This document shows positions 62,039-64,000 of a stretch of 64,000 nucleotides of DNA, one piece after another. Numbering within the stretch: the first letter of the stretch is position 1; each line of letters opens with the position of its first letter. The stretch lies in assembly GCA_963752475.1 (NCBI GenBank), contig CAVVYR010000014.1, positions 1 to 64,000 on the forward strand, given 5' to 3'. Made by a program: the position numbers and the translations under genes. This DNA comes from an uncultured Chloroflexia bacterium. Lineage in GTDB: Bacteria; Chloroflexota; Limnocylindria; Limnocylindrales; CSP1-4. Under the pieces are notes generated by a model, which saw only the letters and a list, made by a program, of their open reading frames with translations, was not told the DNA's origin and ran no database searches.

Positions 62039-62965
62039 GTGAGAGTTCGCGAACCCGTCGCCCGCCCCCTCGACATCGTGGCCGTGGAGCTGTTGCTCTC
62101 GGCGTCGCAGGCGTTCCTCGCCGGCGTGCTCCTGTACATGGCTGTCGGGTTCTGGGAGGACGCCGGCGTCGGCCTCGCGACACAGGCGGCCGTGTTGGGC
62201 CTCCTCGGCCTGGGGGTCGGCGGTGCCTGGCTCTTCTGGCTGCTCGGCGGCGTGGGCTGGCCCATGGCCGCGGTGAACGCGCCGGCCGGGCTGTTCCTCG
62301 CCTTCGTGCTGGTCATGGACTGGTCGGTCGAGGCCTTCGACATCGGCGGTGCTCCACTGGTCCTGGCCACCGCGGCCGCGACCTTCGGCGTCGTGGCCGG
62401 TGTCTTCCTCGACTCACCGCGACGCTGGCGCTGGGATCAGAGGGAACGGCTACGGTCCGGCGCGCAGGTCCCGACCATCTCGCCGACGACCAGGACGCTC
62501 ATGGCCCAGGTCCCGCGCTCGCTCCCGCGACGTGAGCCGGAGCCCGAGCCGGTCAGCGAGCTGGCCGCACGCATCGAGAGCTCCGCCCTGCCCGGTCAAG
62601 GGCCGGACGCCGAAGACACCCCCTACCCGTCCGCTGCCCAGGTCGAAGATGGACTGGGCACATCTGCGCCTGAGCCGCCGGATGAGCCCGAACCCGAGTC
62701 CGAGCTGGCCGATGCGCCTGATGTCCCCGGCACACCGCTCGATGTCCCGGAGTCGCCTGAGCCCGTCATGCCCACGGTCAGGCTGGGCCGGAGTGCGGCC
62801 GGGACCACCGACGATGAGGATGACGATGATGACGAACCCATCGAGCTGCCCACGATGATCGAGCCGAAGGCACAGCGTTCACCGTGGGCCTGGGCCGCAC
62901 CGCCCGAGTGGAATCGAGATGAGGACGACGGCAGCTCCAGCGACCGCTCGGCGAAGGACGCATGA
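62039..62965 (+). CDS. Hypothetical 4-TM protein with acidic/Pro-rich tail
   Basis: Hydrophobic N-terminus, low-complexity C-terminus. Confidence 0.65.
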   Translation: MRVREPVARPLDIVAVELLLSASQAFLAGVLLYMAVGFWEDAGVGLATQAAVLGLLGLGVGGAWLFWLLGGVGWPMAAVNAPAGLFLAFVLVMDWSVEAFDIGGAPLVLATAAATFGVVAGVFLDSPRRWRWDQRERLRSGAQVPTISPTTRTLMAQVPRSLPRREPEPEPVSELAARIESSALPGQGPDAEDTPYPSAAQVEDGLGTSAPEPPDEPEPESELADAPDVPGTPLDVPESPEPVMPTVRLGRSAAGTTDDEDDDDDEPIELPTMIEPKAQRSPWAWAAPPEWNRDEDDGSSSDRSAKDA

Positions 62966-63606
62966 CGGTCGGCGCGGTCATCGTCCCTGATGGCGTGAAC
63001 GAAGCGCTCGCCGACGCCACCGGACGTGCGGCCGTACGTCGCATCGTGGACTCGGCCTGGGCCGGCGGTGCCATCCCCATCATCGTCGTGGCCGCCGACC
63101 CCGACGGGCGTATCGCCGAGGCACTCGACGGCTCGCCGGCCCGGATCGTCGATCCGGAGCGGGCGTCGGGCACACAGACCTACATGGTCGGAGCCCGTGC
63201 GGCGCATGCGGCGGTCCAGGAGACCACCGCGGTCCTGCTCTGGCCGGGCCGCATGACCTGGGCCGACCCCGAGACCGTGACCTCACTCATCGAAGCCCAC
63301 GGCCGCTCGCCGGTCGAGGTGACGCGTCCTCGCCGCGCCGGCGAGTCCGGCTGGCCGGTGTTGGTTCCGGTCGGGCACATCGCCCACGTGCTGGCCAATC
63401 CGGCCGGTGACATCGCCGACGCTGTCGCTGACAGCGAGGTCGCCGCGGTGGAGCTGGGCGACCCTGGTTCAGTGCTGGGAGCCGAGGTGGCGCTCGACGA
63501 TCTCCCGGACTACGCCGGCCCACCGGAGCCGGTGGGTGGGCCACCACCCGAGTGGGGTGCGGCCGCGGCAGAGACCCCCGAGCCGGAACTCGAGGAGCCG
63601 ATCTAG
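62962..63606 (+). CDS. MocA/MobA-like NTP-transferase-fold protein (degenerate)
   Basis: Overall pattern including GWPVL; lacks the LAAG motif. Confidence 0.55.
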   Translation: MTVGAVIVPDGVNEALADATGRAAVRRIVDSAWAGGAIPIIVVAADPDGRIAEALDGSPARIVDPERASGTQTYMVGARAAHAAVQETTAVLLWPGRMTWADPETVTSLIEAHGRSPVEVTRPRRAGESGWPVLVPVGHIAHVLANPAGDIADAVADSEVAAVELGDPGSVLGAEVALDDLPDYAGPPEPVGGPPPEWGAAAAETPEPELEEPI

Positions 63607-64000
63607 TCGTCTGTCCGCGCTTGCGACTTGAGCGCCAGGCCAAGCTCGTCGAGCTGGTCGGTATGCACCGGCGATGGAGCGTCGAGCATGAGGTCGGAGC
63701 CCGATGATGTCTTGGGGAAGGCCATGACCTCACGGATGTTCGACTGGTCGGTGAGCAGGGCGATCCAGCGGTCGATGCCGAGGGCGATGCCACCGTGGGG
63801 CGGAGCGCCGTACTCGAAGGCCTCGAGGATGCCGCTGAACTGCTCCTCCTGTGCCGCTGCATCGTGGCCCATGAGCGAGAACGACCTCGAGAGCATCTTG
63901 CGGGTGTGGAAGCGGACGGAGCCACCGCCCAGCTCCCAGCCGTTGAGCGCGATGTCGTACTGCTGCGCGCGGGCGCGGCCGGCAGGATCCTCCCGGCTCG
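63603..64000 (-). CDS. aspS: Aspartyl-tRNA synthetase, C-terminal part
   Basis: YDIALNGWELGGGSVR, YGAPPHGGIALGIDR, IREVMAFPKT. Confidence 0.95.
   Translation of the reverse strand, partial: SREDPAGRARAQQYDIALNGWELGGGSVRFHTRKMLSRSFSLMGHDAAAQEEQFSGILEAFEYGAPPHGGIALGIDRWIALLTDQSNIREVMAFPKTSSGSDLMLDAPSPVHTDQLDELGLALKSQARTDD

Overview
High-GC bacterial chromosome segment. Gene content and order suggest Chloroflexota, possibly Ca. Limnocylindria-like (inference, not checked). Most of 8-21 kb and 28-64 kb is housekeeping (ccdA/TlpA, dcd, nrdR, moa/moe, htrA, gpsA, der, ispH, cmk, scpAB, xerD, dxs, xseAB, efp, mltG, alaS, mnmA, iscS, typA, aspS). Two accessory regions lie downstream of tRNA-Arg(CCT) (1-7.9 kb) and tRNA-Pro(GGG) (21.9-28 kb). 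The best candidate for an undescribed system is at 1-5.25 kb: a tandem array of ~0.9-1.1 kb units. Each unit has a conserved structured spacer, a c-di-GMP-II-like riboswitch with altered core nucleotides, a conserved signal-peptide start and a divergent secreted-protein gene ending in GAG-TAR-CCCC. An IS110 element sits exactly at that gene end, and its non-coding end carries guide-like matches to its own target and donor junctions (bridge RNA). A fifth riboswitch copy and a second ECF/anti-sigma pair occur in the tRNA-Pro region. dcd carries a class 3 (Ala-start, WCT) LAGLIDADG intein. Many genes, including alaS, show frameshifts that are probably assembly indels. All calls were made by eye with no database searches.
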